A stretch of DNA of 64,000 bases from a bacterium (GTDB taxonomy: Bacteria > JAHJDO01): contig JBDRTG010000007.1 of assembly GCA_043824255.1 (NCBI GenBank), positions 1,641 through 65,640 on the forward strand. Direction: 5' to 3'. The notes beneath the pieces were generated by a model that did no database searches, was not told where the DNA came from, and saw only the letters and a program-made list of their open reading frames with translations. Made by a program: the position numbers and the translations under genes. This document shows positions 47,000-55,924 of the stretch, piece by piece; positions within the stretch are counted from its first letter, which is position 1; the number at the start of each line of letters is the position of its first letter.

Positions 47000-48465
47000 G
47001 TTGTCACACCCCAATACCAAATTTCGAATTTGCACGAGAGGAAATAGAAGATGCAGTACGCAATAGCAGGCTTCTATCTGTGGAAATTGAACCCAGTCTG
47101 CGTTGTAATTTCCACTGTCCATATTGTTATATACCGGAGAATTCTTCTCTTGAAAACGAGTTGACCGTAGAGGAAATCTGCGATGTTATTTTACAGGCGC
47201 AGGATCTTGGAGCAAAAAAAATTATTATTCTCGGCGGAGAGCCGATGATATATCCGCATATTATGGAAATAATTAAGTTTATCAGAACGCATCATCTTAA
47301 CGTGGAGATATTTACCAATGGTTCTAATATTACTGCTGATATAGCGAAACAGCTTTTTGACTATGGAGTAAATGTGGTTCTAAAGATGAACACGTTTAAT
47401 GAGCATAATCAGGATATGCTTGCCGGGAAAAAAGGAGCGTTCAAGATCATTCAGGAAGCATTTCACAATCTAAAGCAAGCAAGACGTCCTTCCGGAGAAA
47501 CATTTCTGGCAGTCAGTACCGTCATATGCTCTCAGAATATTGATGAGTTGGTAGATATGTGGCAAAAGCTGAGGGATCAGAATATTATCCCGTATTTTGA
47601 GATGATTACTCCGCAGGGAAATATTAGACAAAACGGATGGTTAAATATTGAACCTCAAAAGATACATGATATTTTTTGTAAAATTGCCGAAATTGACCGT
47701 ACTCACTATGGATACTTCTGGGAGCCTCAGCCTCCTCTGATAGGGAATAGATGTCTGCGGCACCAGTTTTCATGTCTTGTTACTTCTCAAGGATATGTTA
47801 CGCCGTGTGTTGGGGTAACTATACCGGTTGGAAGCATACGAAAGCAAAAGCTTCGAGATATTATAAAAGATAGTGAGGTTATTCAGGATCTTAGAAATTA
47901 TCATGATACAATGAAGGCTCCTTGCCGTGAATGCGAAAAATCAAACGAATGTTACGGATGCCGCGGAGCAGCATACCAGCTGACAGGCGATTATCTGGCT
48001 TCTGACCCTATGTGCTGGAAGAATGTTGATAAACAGGATAAAATTGCCTGTTTACCGATTGCAGTTGAAGAACTAATTCCGCAGAAATCGCCAATGCGAG
48101 TCATTGATACACTGATGAAAGTTGCTGAGCGCACAGCAGATGTAACCGTAACATTATCACAGGATATGCTATTTATTGACGAAAGCGGTTTGCTTGATGA
48201 GGCTGCGTATCTTGAAATGATCGCGCAGGCAATAGCAGCGCTGAGCGGATTTAAACATATGGGTGCGTCTAAACCGGCGCCGGGAGGATTCCTGCTTGGA
48301 GCGAAAAAACTTGAGATATTAGGCAAAGCGCATGTTGGAGACACATTAAATATATCATTCTATAAATATGCAAGGTACGGCGGTTTTGGCATTGTTAAAG
48401 GAACCGTATCACAGGACAACCATGTGCTCGCCAGAGGAGAGGTAAAGATCTGGCATGAGACATGA
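46996..48465 (+). CDS. Fusion protein: radical SAM + SPASM-like domain / C-terminal hotdog dehydratase (ApeI/FabZ-like)
   Basis: The rSAM cluster is SLRCNFHCPYCY, with GGEP. Cys-rich SPASM-like segments are CLRHQFSCLV..C and CRECEKSNECYGCRG. From about residue 350 comes a hotdog domain (LIPQKSPMRVIDTL...YLEMIAQAIAAL...GGFLLGAKKLEILG...VGDTL). A GTGA overlap joins it to the ligase gene. Confidence 0.8.
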   Translation: MSCHTPIPNFEFAREEIEDAVRNSRLLSVEIEPSLRCNFHCPYCYIPENSSLENELTVEEICDVILQAQDLGAKKIIILGGEPMIYPHIMEIIKFIRTHHLNVEIFTNGSNITADIAKQLFDYGVNVVLKMNTFNEHNQDMLAGKKGAFKIIQEAFHNLKQARRPSGETFLAVSTVICSQNIDELVDMWQKLRDQNIIPYFEMITPQGNIRQNGWLNIEPQKIHDIFCKIAEIDRTHYGYFWEPQPPLIGNRCLRHQFSCLVTSQGYVTPCVGVTIPVGSIRKQKLRDIIKDSEVIQDLRNYHDTMKAPCRECEKSNECYGCRGAAYQLTGDYLASDPMCWKNVDKQDKIACLPIAVEELIPQKSPMRVIDTLMKVAERTADVTVTLSQDMLFIDESGLLDEAAYLEMIAQAIAALSGFKHMGASKPAPGGFLLGAKKLEILGKAHVGDTLNISFYKYARYGGFGIVKGTVSQDNHVLARGEVKIWHET

Positions 48466-48773
48466 ATAAAATGGTTTTTCTTTACATTACCAATGAATCA
48501 GCCAAAGAGGCAAAAAAAATTGCCAGGCATTTGCTTGAAAAACGTATGATTGGCTGTGCGAATATTTTCCCAGTCAGTGCTATGTATTGGTGGAAAGGCA
48601 AAATTGCCGATGAAACGGAGGTTGTGCTTATTGCTAAAACAACGAAGGAGAATTATCAAAAAGTTCGGGATGAAATTGCCAGAATCCATCCTTTTGACAC
48701 TCCTTGCATAATCAAGCTGGACGCTGATCCCAATGAAAAATATTTGCAATGGATCAAAAGTGAACTCAAATAG
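48462..48773 (+). CDS. cutA: CutA divalent-cation tolerance protein
   Basis: A 103-aa protein with VFLYITNES...AKKIARHLLEKRMIGCANIFP..AMYWWKGKI...EVVLIAKT. An ATGA overlap joins it to the preceding gene. Confidence 0.85.
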   Translation: MNKMVFLYITNESAKEAKKIARHLLEKRMIGCANIFPVSAMYWWKGKIADETEVVLIAKTTKENYQKVRDEIARIHPFDTPCIIKLDADPNEKYLQWIKSELK

Positions 48774-48857
48774 ACGGTAAGCCAACTTGCTTCACTCAGT
48801 TACATCGGATCATCTGCACATTAGACATTATCCACGAAAATTGCTAGAATTCCTTTC

Positions 48858-49508
48858 ATGACGAATATGAATAAAATCACGATAATACTAATCGCATTAT
48901 GTATGTCTCTGTTCTCGCTTAATGGCTACACTGAGCAGAGTGTAGAGGATGTGCTCAGCAGGCTTGAGGTGAAGATGTCGGAGATAAGAACTTTGAAAAC
49001 TGATTTTGTTCAGGAGAAAAAGCTGGCGATCTTTGATAGGAAGATTATTTTGAAGGGCAAAATATTTCTTAAAAAGCCGGATCTTTTTGCATGGCATACC
49101 GAAGAGCCGACACGGTATTCCATGATTATAAGGGATGATATTATTTCCCAGTGGGATGAAGATATAGACCAAGTTCAGAAGGTAAGCATGAAGGATAATC
49201 CTGCGTTTCAAACCGTCATCGGGCAGATGAGAAAGTGGCTTTCAGGCATATATATGCCATTGTTGGAAGAATACAATATAACAGTACTCGGGCAAAATCC
49301 GGTTTCCCTTAAATTCACGCCGCGCGAAAATACAATGGCTTATAATATTATCAACTATGTAAGGATTGTATTCAGAGAGGATGAACGCTATATCCACGAG
49401 ATATACATAAATGAGAAAACAGGCGATTCTACGCTTCTCAGGTTTAATGATACCATGCTGAATAGTCCGATCAATGATGCGGCATGGGAGGTCAAACCGC
49501 GTGGCTGA
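48858..49508 (+). CDS. LolA-like outer-membrane lipoprotein carrier protein (ApeL-like)
   Basis: Signal peptide, then LKTDFVQEKKLAIFDRKIILKGKIFLKKPDLFAWH, which is the LolA-family pattern. Confidence 0.7.
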   Translation: MTNMNKITIILIALCMSLFSLNGYTEQSVEDVLSRLEVKMSEIRTLKTDFVQEKKLAIFDRKIILKGKIFLKKPDLFAWHTEEPTRYSMIIRDDIISQWDEDIDQVQKVSMKDNPAFQTVIGQMRKWLSGIYMPLLEEYNITVLGQNPVSLKFTPRENTMAYNIINYVRIVFREDERYIHEIYINEKTGDSTLLRFNDTMLNSPINDAAWEVKPRG

Positions 49509-51921
49509 TAAGCGGAAACGTCTTATATCCGGACTTGCAGCAGGCATAATCATTTTTGCGGCGATTGGCATCAGGTTTATTTCTTTTGATAATAACATTG
49601 AACTAATGCTTCCTGCGAATCCTGAGATTCTTCGCAGTATGCGTTTTCTCAGAGACTCAAATCTTTCGGATAAGGTTATTCTTTCTCTAAAACTGAAATC
49701 TCCAGAACACACAACGCAGGACCTTATTCAGGCTGTTGACCAATTAGAAAAGTCTCTAAAACCGCCTCTGATAACAGATGTAATAAGCGGGGTTTCCAAA
49801 ACCGATCTAATGCAGGAGATGCATTCCTTTATGAGACATGTTCCGCAACTGCTCAACGAAGAGGCCCTCTCCAAAATTGATAGGCAGATAACCCATGAAG
49901 GAGTAAAAACAAGTTTAAGCAGAGATTACCAGCAATTACTGACTCCGGGCAGTGGATTTATAATGCCGTTCATTCGATCTGATCCACTTGGGATAAAATC
50001 AGGATTTCTTGCTAATATAGGAAAGCTTTCCCGTTCATTAGGATATAAGGTTAAAATTAAGAATGGACATTTTATCAGTCAGGATGGCAGAAATGCTATG
50101 CTTATTCTTAAAACTCCTGTGCGTATTACTGATGGATTCGGTTCCAAAAAGCTAGTGGCATATCTGCATAAACAGCTGGAGTCTCTACCTGAATTTGTTT
50201 CAGCTGATATCATTGCCGGTCACATTCATACAATCAGCAATGAAGATGTAATAAAAAGGGATATTCTCCTGACATTGACTATTGCCTCAGTTGCCTTTCT
50301 CTTATTATTCCTGTTCATATTCAGGGATATAAGGGCAATTCTTATCTTTCTTATACCGCTGATATCAGTTCTTGTTTCCATAAACCTCTCAGCTATTGTT
50401 CTTGGAAAGCTGTCATATTTTATTATTGGTATGGGAGCTGTTGTTGCCGGCATTGCTATAGATTACGGGATTCATGTTTATCTGGCCGTACGCACAGGAG
50501 CTGGCAGGCCTGATGCAGTTAAGAAAATAATAAAACCAGTAATAATTGCTGCATTGACTACAATAGGTGTTTTTGCTGCATTCTTCTTTTCCAGTGTTCA
50601 GGGGTATCATCAGCTCGCTCTTTTTTCAATCCTCAGTATTGTTTTCTGCCTTGTCTGCGCCTTATTTATTTTACCTCGTCTTTTAACCGGGAAACATTAC
50701 ATAGAGCTTCCTGCTATACTCAAACAAAGAAATTCCACGCACTCGCAGGTTTTCGATCGAATATGTGTTGCATGCTGGGGACTGATTATAATTGCTGCAA
50801 TAGCTCTATCGCGGCAGGTAGAATTTAATAGCGATATCAGTCGGTTGGATGGAAGTAAATTTGAGGTTATACAGACTGAACAGGAGTTTCATAGTGTGTG
50901 GGGAGGAGCGGATAAACCGGCAATTCTCGTTACCTCAGGGAAAAATTTGGAAGAGGCGCTTCAGTGTAATGAGCGCATTTACACCGAGGCAGTAGATGAA
51001 GTGGAAGAGAAAAATTTTTCAAGTTTTGCAGAATTGTGGCTGTCAAATCAAGCACGAATAGCAAATTCTGCGCGCTGGAACAAGTTCTGGAGAGAGGGAA
51101 GAGAAGCAAAGTTGAAAGAGCTTCTTCAAGAGCATGGTCAGGCATATCATTTTTCCGATGATGCATTTTCTCCGTTTTTTAAAAATCTCTATACTGAAAA
51201 GGTTATTAAAAATACACCTGAGGGGCTTACTTTTTTTGACCAGTTAAAAAAACGATTTATACTGAAAAAAACAGATGAATATCAGGTATTATCATTTTTC
51301 CCGGATAAAGATCAGTATATTAAAGCGCTGAGTGTAATAAGCAGCCGTTATCCGAAAACATTCTTAGTATCCAGAAATGCTTTTTCCTACATGCTTTCTC
51401 AGGCAGTTTCATCAGAAGTTATCTTTTTATCAGGAATTGCCGGGCTGTTAATTCTGATATTAACGTGTTTATTGCTGAGAAACGTACGGCTAACTGTGCT
51501 TGCCCTGATTCCGGTTATCACAGGCATTATATTGATCTTGGGGATCATGTCTGTACTAGGGTTATCTCTAAATGCTCCCTGTGTTATTGCCGGGATAATT
51601 GTTATTGGTCTCTGCATTGACTACGGGATATTCATGGTTTATACTTGTGAGTATAATTTAAAAACAGGAACGCGTATGGCAGTCTCATTGTCAGCTCTTA
51701 CAACAATTATTGGGGCAGGAGCGCTTTTATTTGCTCTGCATCCTGTATTGTTTTCTATTGGTATAACACTTGTAATAGGAGTAACGGGAGGGTATATTTC
51801 AGCGCTACTGGTTATCCCCTCGCTGTATAGATTAACTCACCCTGGCCCTCTCTTGACAGAGAGGGAAAAGGCTACCCCAATAAAAAGTCCCCCTTTGAAG
51901 GGGGATTCAGGGGGATGTTGA
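49474..51921 (+). CDS. MMPL/RND-superfamily exporter (ApeM-like)
   Basis: An 815-aa protein with two bundles of about 6 TM helices separated by large soluble loops. The last 28 residues or so (THPGPLLTEREKATPIKSPPLKGDSGGC) are read from a GC-rich repeat element. Confidence 0.8.
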   Translation: MMRHGRSNRVADKRKRLISGLAAGIIIFAAIGIRFISFDNNIELMLPANPEILRSMRFLRDSNLSDKVILSLKLKSPEHTTQDLIQAVDQLEKSLKPPLITDVISGVSKTDLMQEMHSFMRHVPQLLNEEALSKIDRQITHEGVKTSLSRDYQQLLTPGSGFIMPFIRSDPLGIKSGFLANIGKLSRSLGYKVKIKNGHFISQDGRNAMLILKTPVRITDGFGSKKLVAYLHKQLESLPEFVSADIIAGHIHTISNEDVIKRDILLTLTIASVAFLLLFLFIFRDIRAILIFLIPLISVLVSINLSAIVLGKLSYFIIGMGAVVAGIAIDYGIHVYLAVRTGAGRPDAVKKIIKPVIIAALTTIGVFAAFFFSSVQGYHQLALFSILSIVFCLVCALFILPRLLTGKHYIELPAILKQRNSTHSQVFDRICVACWGLIIIAAIALSRQVEFNSDISRLDGSKFEVIQTEQEFHSVWGGADKPAILVTSGKNLEEALQCNERIYTEAVDEVEEKNFSSFAELWLSNQARIANSARWNKFWREGREAKLKELLQEHGQAYHFSDDAFSPFFKNLYTEKVIKNTPEGLTFFDQLKKRFILKKTDEYQVLSFFPDKDQYIKALSVISSRYPKTFLVSRNAFSYMLSQAVSSEVIFLSGIAGLLILILTCLLLRNVRLTVLALIPVITGIILILGIMSVLGLSLNAPCVIAGIIVIGLCIDYGIFMVYTCEYNLKTGTRMAVSLSALTTIIGAGALLFALHPVLFSIGITLVIGVTGGYISALLVIPSLYRLTHPGPLLTEREKATPIKSPPLKGDSGGC
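51833..51921. repeat. GC-rich palindromic element, copy C, plus a second hairpin
   Basis: AACTCACCCTGGCCCTCTCTTGACAGAGAGGGAAAAG is followed by TCCCCCTTTGAAGGGGGA (8-bp stem). It lies entirely inside the 3' end of the MMPL ORF and supplies its stop codon. Confidence 0.75.
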
Positions 51922-51930
51922 GCAGACACT

Positions 51931-52006
51931 TAGAAATTTTAGAATTAGTAATTTATTGGAAATTAGTAATTGAAAATTAAAAATTGAAAATTAAGAATTT
52001 AATTTT
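51931..52006. repeat. AT-rich 7-nt-periodic repeat tract
   Basis: tagaaattttagaattagtaatttattggaaattagtaattgaaaattaaaaattgaaaattaagaatttaatttt contains the TTG start (51984) and the MKIKN codons of the next gene. Confidence 0.7.
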
Positions 52007-52652
52007 GGGGTTAGTTGTATTGTGCAGTACAGGGTGCAGCAGTATTCCATTTAAAAAGGTTCAATATGTTTCGGTCAGCAAAGTGCAGCCTGCAGCAATT
52101 CGGGAGCAATTTGCCAGTACCCTTTCCCAGAAATTCCAGGTAATTAACACAATTGTTTTTCAGTATAAGCGGTATAAGTTCTCTGCTATTGGGTATACTG
52201 ATATTGATGCTCTCCAAAAGCTCTTCACAGTTGTCTGTCTTAATCATGCAGGTATCAAGTTGTTTGAGTTGGCCGGAAATGATAACAGTGTTGAGTGCAA
52301 GTTCGCTTTTGAAGGAGCTTCTTTTCCCGGCAATTTTGCCCAGGCAGTGGCAGATGACATTAGAAGAATTTATTTTGACTGCATTCCTGACCCTGAAGCT
52401 AAAATGCATAAAAAGAAAAAGAAGATTGTTTTTAGACAGCCTGCAAAAACAGGTGTAATGGAATACATTTTTGCCGGTGCTGACAATCTGTTGGTTGAAA
52501 AACGATATTATGAAGGGTGGCGAAAAATCTGGAGTGTTTTTTATTATGAGTATCTCAGGAAAAACGGGAAACTATATCCCTCTGGTATTATGCTCAGACA
52601 TCATAAATACAACTATCAGCTAACTATGCGATTGAAGGAGATTCAAACATGA
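51984..52652 (+). CDS. Lipoprotein, probably the DUF3261-type protein found next to MMPL exporters in aryl-polyene-type clusters
   Basis: Signal peptide with lipobox MKIKNLILGLVVLCSTGC, 222 aa. Its position between the exporter and the dehydratase matches my recollection of APE cluster layout. Confidence 0.5.
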   Translation: MKIKNLILGLVVLCSTGCSSIPFKKVQYVSVSKVQPAAIREQFASTLSQKFQVINTIVFQYKRYKFSAIGYTDIDALQKLFTVVCLNHAGIKLFELAGNDNSVECKFAFEGASFPGNFAQAVADDIRRIYFDCIPDPEAKMHKKKKKIVFRQPAKTGVMEYIFAGADNLLVEKRYYEGWRKIWSVFYYEYLRKNGKLYPSGIMLRHHKYNYQLTMRLKEIQT

Positions 52653-53026
52653 ATAAACTTGTGCAGGAAATCAAACAACGTATGGCGGATTTAGCCGAAA
52701 CCAAGAAAGGGGAGGTAACTGCGCGCTTTCTTTTTCCCGCAGAGTTCATTGGCTTTCAGGGACATTTTCCAGATAAACCTATTCTTCCCGGGGTTTGTAA
52801 AATACAGGCGGTTATAGTAATGCTTCAGGCATGGGAAAAGAGGGATATTAGATTAAAGGAAATTGTTTCGGCAAAATTCCTTTCACCAGTTTCCCCTGAA
52901 GAAGAAATTGTTTTTAATTACAGGAAGCAAACAGAAAGCAACGGCGAAGCACTCATAAAAGCATCAGTAACCAGTAAAAACAAGAAAGTTGCCGAACTGC
53001 AACTGAGAGTAAGTGTTAAAAATTAA
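52649..53026 (+). CDS. Hotdog-fold 3-hydroxyacyl-ACP dehydratase (FabZ/ApeP-like)
   Basis: FQGHFPDKPILPGVCKIQAV, 125 aa, with an ATGA overlap. Confidence 0.75.
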   Translation: MNKLVQEIKQRMADLAETKKGEVTARFLFPAEFIGFQGHFPDKPILPGVCKIQAVIVMLQAWEKRDIRLKEIVSAKFLSPVSPEEEIVFNYRKQTESNGEALIKASVTSKNKKVAELQLRVSVKN

Positions 53027-53156
53027 GGACACATCCTATGTGCCCAAAATTTGACAAACTAAGTTAGAAAATGTTATTCTGCTCTTTGAAAATTAGGCAG
53101 TTTTTGAGTTTTATTGAGGGATAATAGTACAAATAGTTAAAAGGAGGCTACAACAA

Positions 53157-53528
53157 ATGAAATATCTACAAAGACAAAAAGGATTGTTAAGGAGGAGCAT
53201 ATATATTGGTTTGAGCATTGCTATATTAAGTTTAAGTTATACCTCCTCTTGCATGGCAGAACCAGAAATGCTTGTACGCGCGTCTGTACGTGCTGAGTCA
53301 AACGTGAACGCTATCAATGAGAAACAGAAGAGCATAGATGTTGAGAAATACCGTGTGCAAAAAAAACAGCTTTTAACACCAAATGAGATTAATTCTCTAG
53401 AAATAAAAGAAAAGGATAACTGTAGGCTTCTGCAATTGCGTGCTGGTGATGATTCAACGAACATGATGCTTATAGTTATTATGATTATGATTGCGTGCGT
53501 AGCCAGTATTGCGGCAGGAAATCCCTAG
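53157..53528 (+). CDS. Small exported/membrane protein, unknown function
   Basis: N-terminal signal-like helix (IYIGLSIAILSLSYTSSC) and a C-terminal hydrophobic tail (MMLIVIMIMIACVASIAAG). A good SD (AAAGGAGG) lies 8 nt upstream. Confidence 0.4.
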   Translation: MKYLQRQKGLLRRSIYIGLSIAILSLSYTSSCMAEPEMLVRASVRAESNVNAINEKQKSIDVEKYRVQKKQLLTPNEINSLEIKEKDNCRLLQLRAGDDSTNMMLIVIMIMIACVASIAAGNP

Positions 53529-53570
53529 TGTCCAATAAAAAATGGCTGGAAATGTCAAGGGGAAGTAAGA

Positions 53571-54176
53571 ATTTTAAAGAATTATCCATTTTGTAGAAAG
53601 AAATATCTGCTGTTTTTACTATTCTCTATATTCTTGATCAGTTCAAGTGGCTGTGGTGTCCGCCGTTTTACAGGACTAAATTCTCCAACAACATATCTGA
53701 TTAACGGTACCTCACATATAAGACAAGAAAAAAATCAGTGTGGGTTAGCATGCCTTTCTATGGTCTTTAGATATTGGGGCAGAAACGATATTGATTTATC
53801 TCCAATTGAATCTTCGTATGCGCTTAAAGCAGAAAATTTAAAAAAATTTGCTGAACAGCAAGGATTTTTTGCTTTTGTGTATAGCGGTTCTCCTAAAGAC
53901 TTAAAAGAACAACTGGATAAAGGGAGACCAATCATTGTTATGACTAAATATATCTTTAAACTGCCACCAATGCGAGAATTACAACTTGCAAAAAAAATAG
54001 TTGGAGAGGGGAGCAATCATTATTCGGTAGTTATAGGATATGACGATACCAAGCGCATATACATCATTTCAGATCCTGCTAGAAAAACTCCTATAACAAT
54101 AGATAGATTTCTATTTGAAGAAAAGTGGGCTGAATGTGACTATCTAACGATATTAGTAGTCCCTATGATAAAATAA
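53571..54176 (+). CDS. Papain-like Cys peptidase, C39-like domain, probable lipoprotein; likely non-canonical ATT start
   Basis: NQCGLACLSMVFRYWG (catalytic Cys) and NHYSVVIGYDD (His). In-frame upstream codons encode the signal peptide RKKYLLFLLFSIFLISSSGC. The first canonical start (TTG 53634) lies inside that signal peptide. ATT 53571 sits 7 nt after AGGGGA. Confidence 0.55.
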   Translation: MLKNYPFCRKKYLLFLLFSIFLISSSGCGVRRFTGLNSPTTYLINGTSHIRQEKNQCGLACLSMVFRYWGRNDIDLSPIESSYALKAENLKKFAEQQGFFAFVYSGSPKDLKEQLDKGRPIIVMTKYIFKLPPMRELQLAKKIVGEGSNHYSVVIGYDDTKRIYIISDPARKTPITIDRFLFEEKWAECDYLTILVVPMIK

Positions 54177-54203
54177 TTTAGTAGAAAATTTTAGAGAACT
54201 AAT

Positions 54204-55352
54204 ATGCATGCGCTAGAAGCAGTTGTTGTTGCCTGTGACCTCATAACTCCTTACGGCTTGGGCATTGATGCGTGCTGGCAAGGACTTCTATCTGGAAAAA
54301 CCGCAATAAATATGTTAGTCCGTTTTGATACAGAGGTATTTCAAACAAAAAAAGCAGCTACAATCGCTGAACTTAAGACTGGGCAAAGTGATTCTCTGAC
54401 AATGCAGATGCTGAAGCCGTTACTAAAGAAAGCATCTTCTATTATTCCAAAAGACGCTCTTTTAATTTTAGCAACCACAACAGGCGAGATAGATATTCTG
54501 GAGAAACAGGTTCTTAATGCCAAAGATAATGCGGACGAAAGCGCGCCTGGCTGTTTGTTAAGCAAGGTGCAATGCTTGAGCGGGATAAGGTCGCCCGGGA
54601 TTATTGTGTCTGCAGCATGTACTTCTTCAAGCAGCGCAATTGCGCAGGCAGGAGCAATGATCCGTGGTAAAGAGCGTGACTGCGTGCTGATAGTTGCCTG
54701 TGATATTGTAAGTGAATTTGTTTTTGCCGGATTCTCTTCTCTGATGGCATTAGATAAAGATACAGCGCGACCTTTTGATAAAAACAGAAGCGGTCTAAGT
54801 CTTGGCGAAGCAGCAGGATTTGTTCTGGTTATGAGTAAGGAAAGAGCTATTCAAGAAGAAAGGTCTATTATTGGAGAAATAGCCGGTTGGGGACTGACAA
54901 ATGATGCTAATCATATGACCGGTCCGTCCAGAGATGGCAGCGGACTGGCGCTGGCTATGAATAAAGCCCTGCAGTCAGCAAATATGACTGAGGATGCTGT
55001 GGGATGCATAGCTGCGCATGGCACTGGAACTATATACAATGACGCTATGGAAATGAAGGCGTTTAAATCTGTTTTTGCCTACGGAGCTCTTCCAACATAT
55101 TCCATTAAGGGAGGAATAGGACATACAATGGGAGCGGCAGGTCTGGTGGAGACAATTGTGGCATTGCGGTCATTAAGAGAAAAACTTATTCCTCCTACAG
55201 TTAATCTGCATATTGCTGATAATGAAGCTGAGGGCTGGGTGTCCACTAAAGCGTGCACATTTGATAATCCTGTAACTATTTCTATCAACGCTGGATTTGG
55301 CGGAGTGAATTCCGCATTGGTATTGAAAAAATTGGATGAGCAGCAGTTATGA
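54204..55352 (+). CDS. Beta-ketoacyl-ACP synthase (ApeO-like elongating KS)
   Basis: VSAACTSSSSAIAQAG (Cys), AAHGTGT (His) and GHTMGAAG (His). Confidence 0.9.
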   Translation: MHALEAVVVACDLITPYGLGIDACWQGLLSGKTAINMLVRFDTEVFQTKKAATIAELKTGQSDSLTMQMLKPLLKKASSIIPKDALLILATTTGEIDILEKQVLNAKDNADESAPGCLLSKVQCLSGIRSPGIIVSAACTSSSSAIAQAGAMIRGKERDCVLIVACDIVSEFVFAGFSSLMALDKDTARPFDKNRSGLSLGEAAGFVLVMSKERAIQEERSIIGEIAGWGLTNDANHMTGPSRDGSGLALAMNKALQSANMTEDAVGCIAAHGTGTIYNDAMEMKAFKSVFAYGALPTYSIKGGIGHTMGAAGLVETIVALRSLREKLIPPTVNLHIADNEAEGWVSTKACTFDNPVTISINAGFGGVNSALVLKKLDEQQL

Positions 55353-55900
55353 TTATTTCAGGTATTGGCTGGATTACTAAGAAAAAATATGGATGTGTAA
55401 ATAAAACAATACGCAAAGATTATACCGGTATAAAATCCCTGCATTCAAAGCTGCAGAATGAATCAATATTTTTGTATCCGGTAAAGAATTTCGGAAGATT
55501 TGACATGACTTCAAAAATGTCTTGCTGTGCAGGCGCTCTGGCACTGCATGATGCAGGGGTAAAATATTCTGAAAAGCATAAACAGGATATTGGAATTATC
55601 GGCACAAATACTGATGGATGTCTAAGATCCAATCTAAATTATTTCAGGGATTATGTGCAGACAGGCAGAAAACTTGCGCGTGGTAATCTTTTTATCTACA
55701 CTCTTCCATCAAGCCCTCTGGCAGAAGCAGCAATTCACTTTGGATTTCAGGGCCCATTACTGTATATCATGTTTCCACAAAAACAAATTCCATCTTTACT
55801 GCAATATGCAGAAGGCATAATCTCCCGCAAAGAAGCATCCACAGTACTGGCTATGAAAATCGATGAAGAGAAAGCTGTTTGTTTTGTGATGAAAAGATAA
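55349..55900 (+). CDS. Truncated KS-like protein without active-site Cys (chain-length-factor / ApeC-like)
   Basis: The 183-aa protein has a KS-like N-terminus (IISGIGWIT), but the position of the catalytic Cys reads GFQGPLLYIMF. An ATGA overlap joins it to the KS gene. Confidence 0.65.
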   Translation: MIISGIGWITKKKYGCVNKTIRKDYTGIKSLHSKLQNESIFLYPVKNFGRFDMTSKMSCCAGALALHDAGVKYSEKHKQDIGIIGTNTDGCLRSNLNYFRDYVQTGRKLARGNLFIYTLPSSPLAEAAIHFGFQGPLLYIMFPQKQIPSLLQYAEGIISRKEASTVLAMKIDEEKAVCFVMKR

Positions 55901-55924
55901 TCCCCGGTCAAGCAGGAGAATGAC

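Noticed and set aside
53157-53528. Is the small protein a RiPP precursor for the rSAM/SPASM enzyme and the C39-like peptidase?
   Set aside because: It has a Sec-type N-terminal signal and a C-terminal membrane tail rather than a leader-core layout or a double-glycine site. The rSAM/SPASM domain is fused to an acyl-ACP-type hotdog domain. A lipid role fits the context better. I kept it only as a remote possibility.
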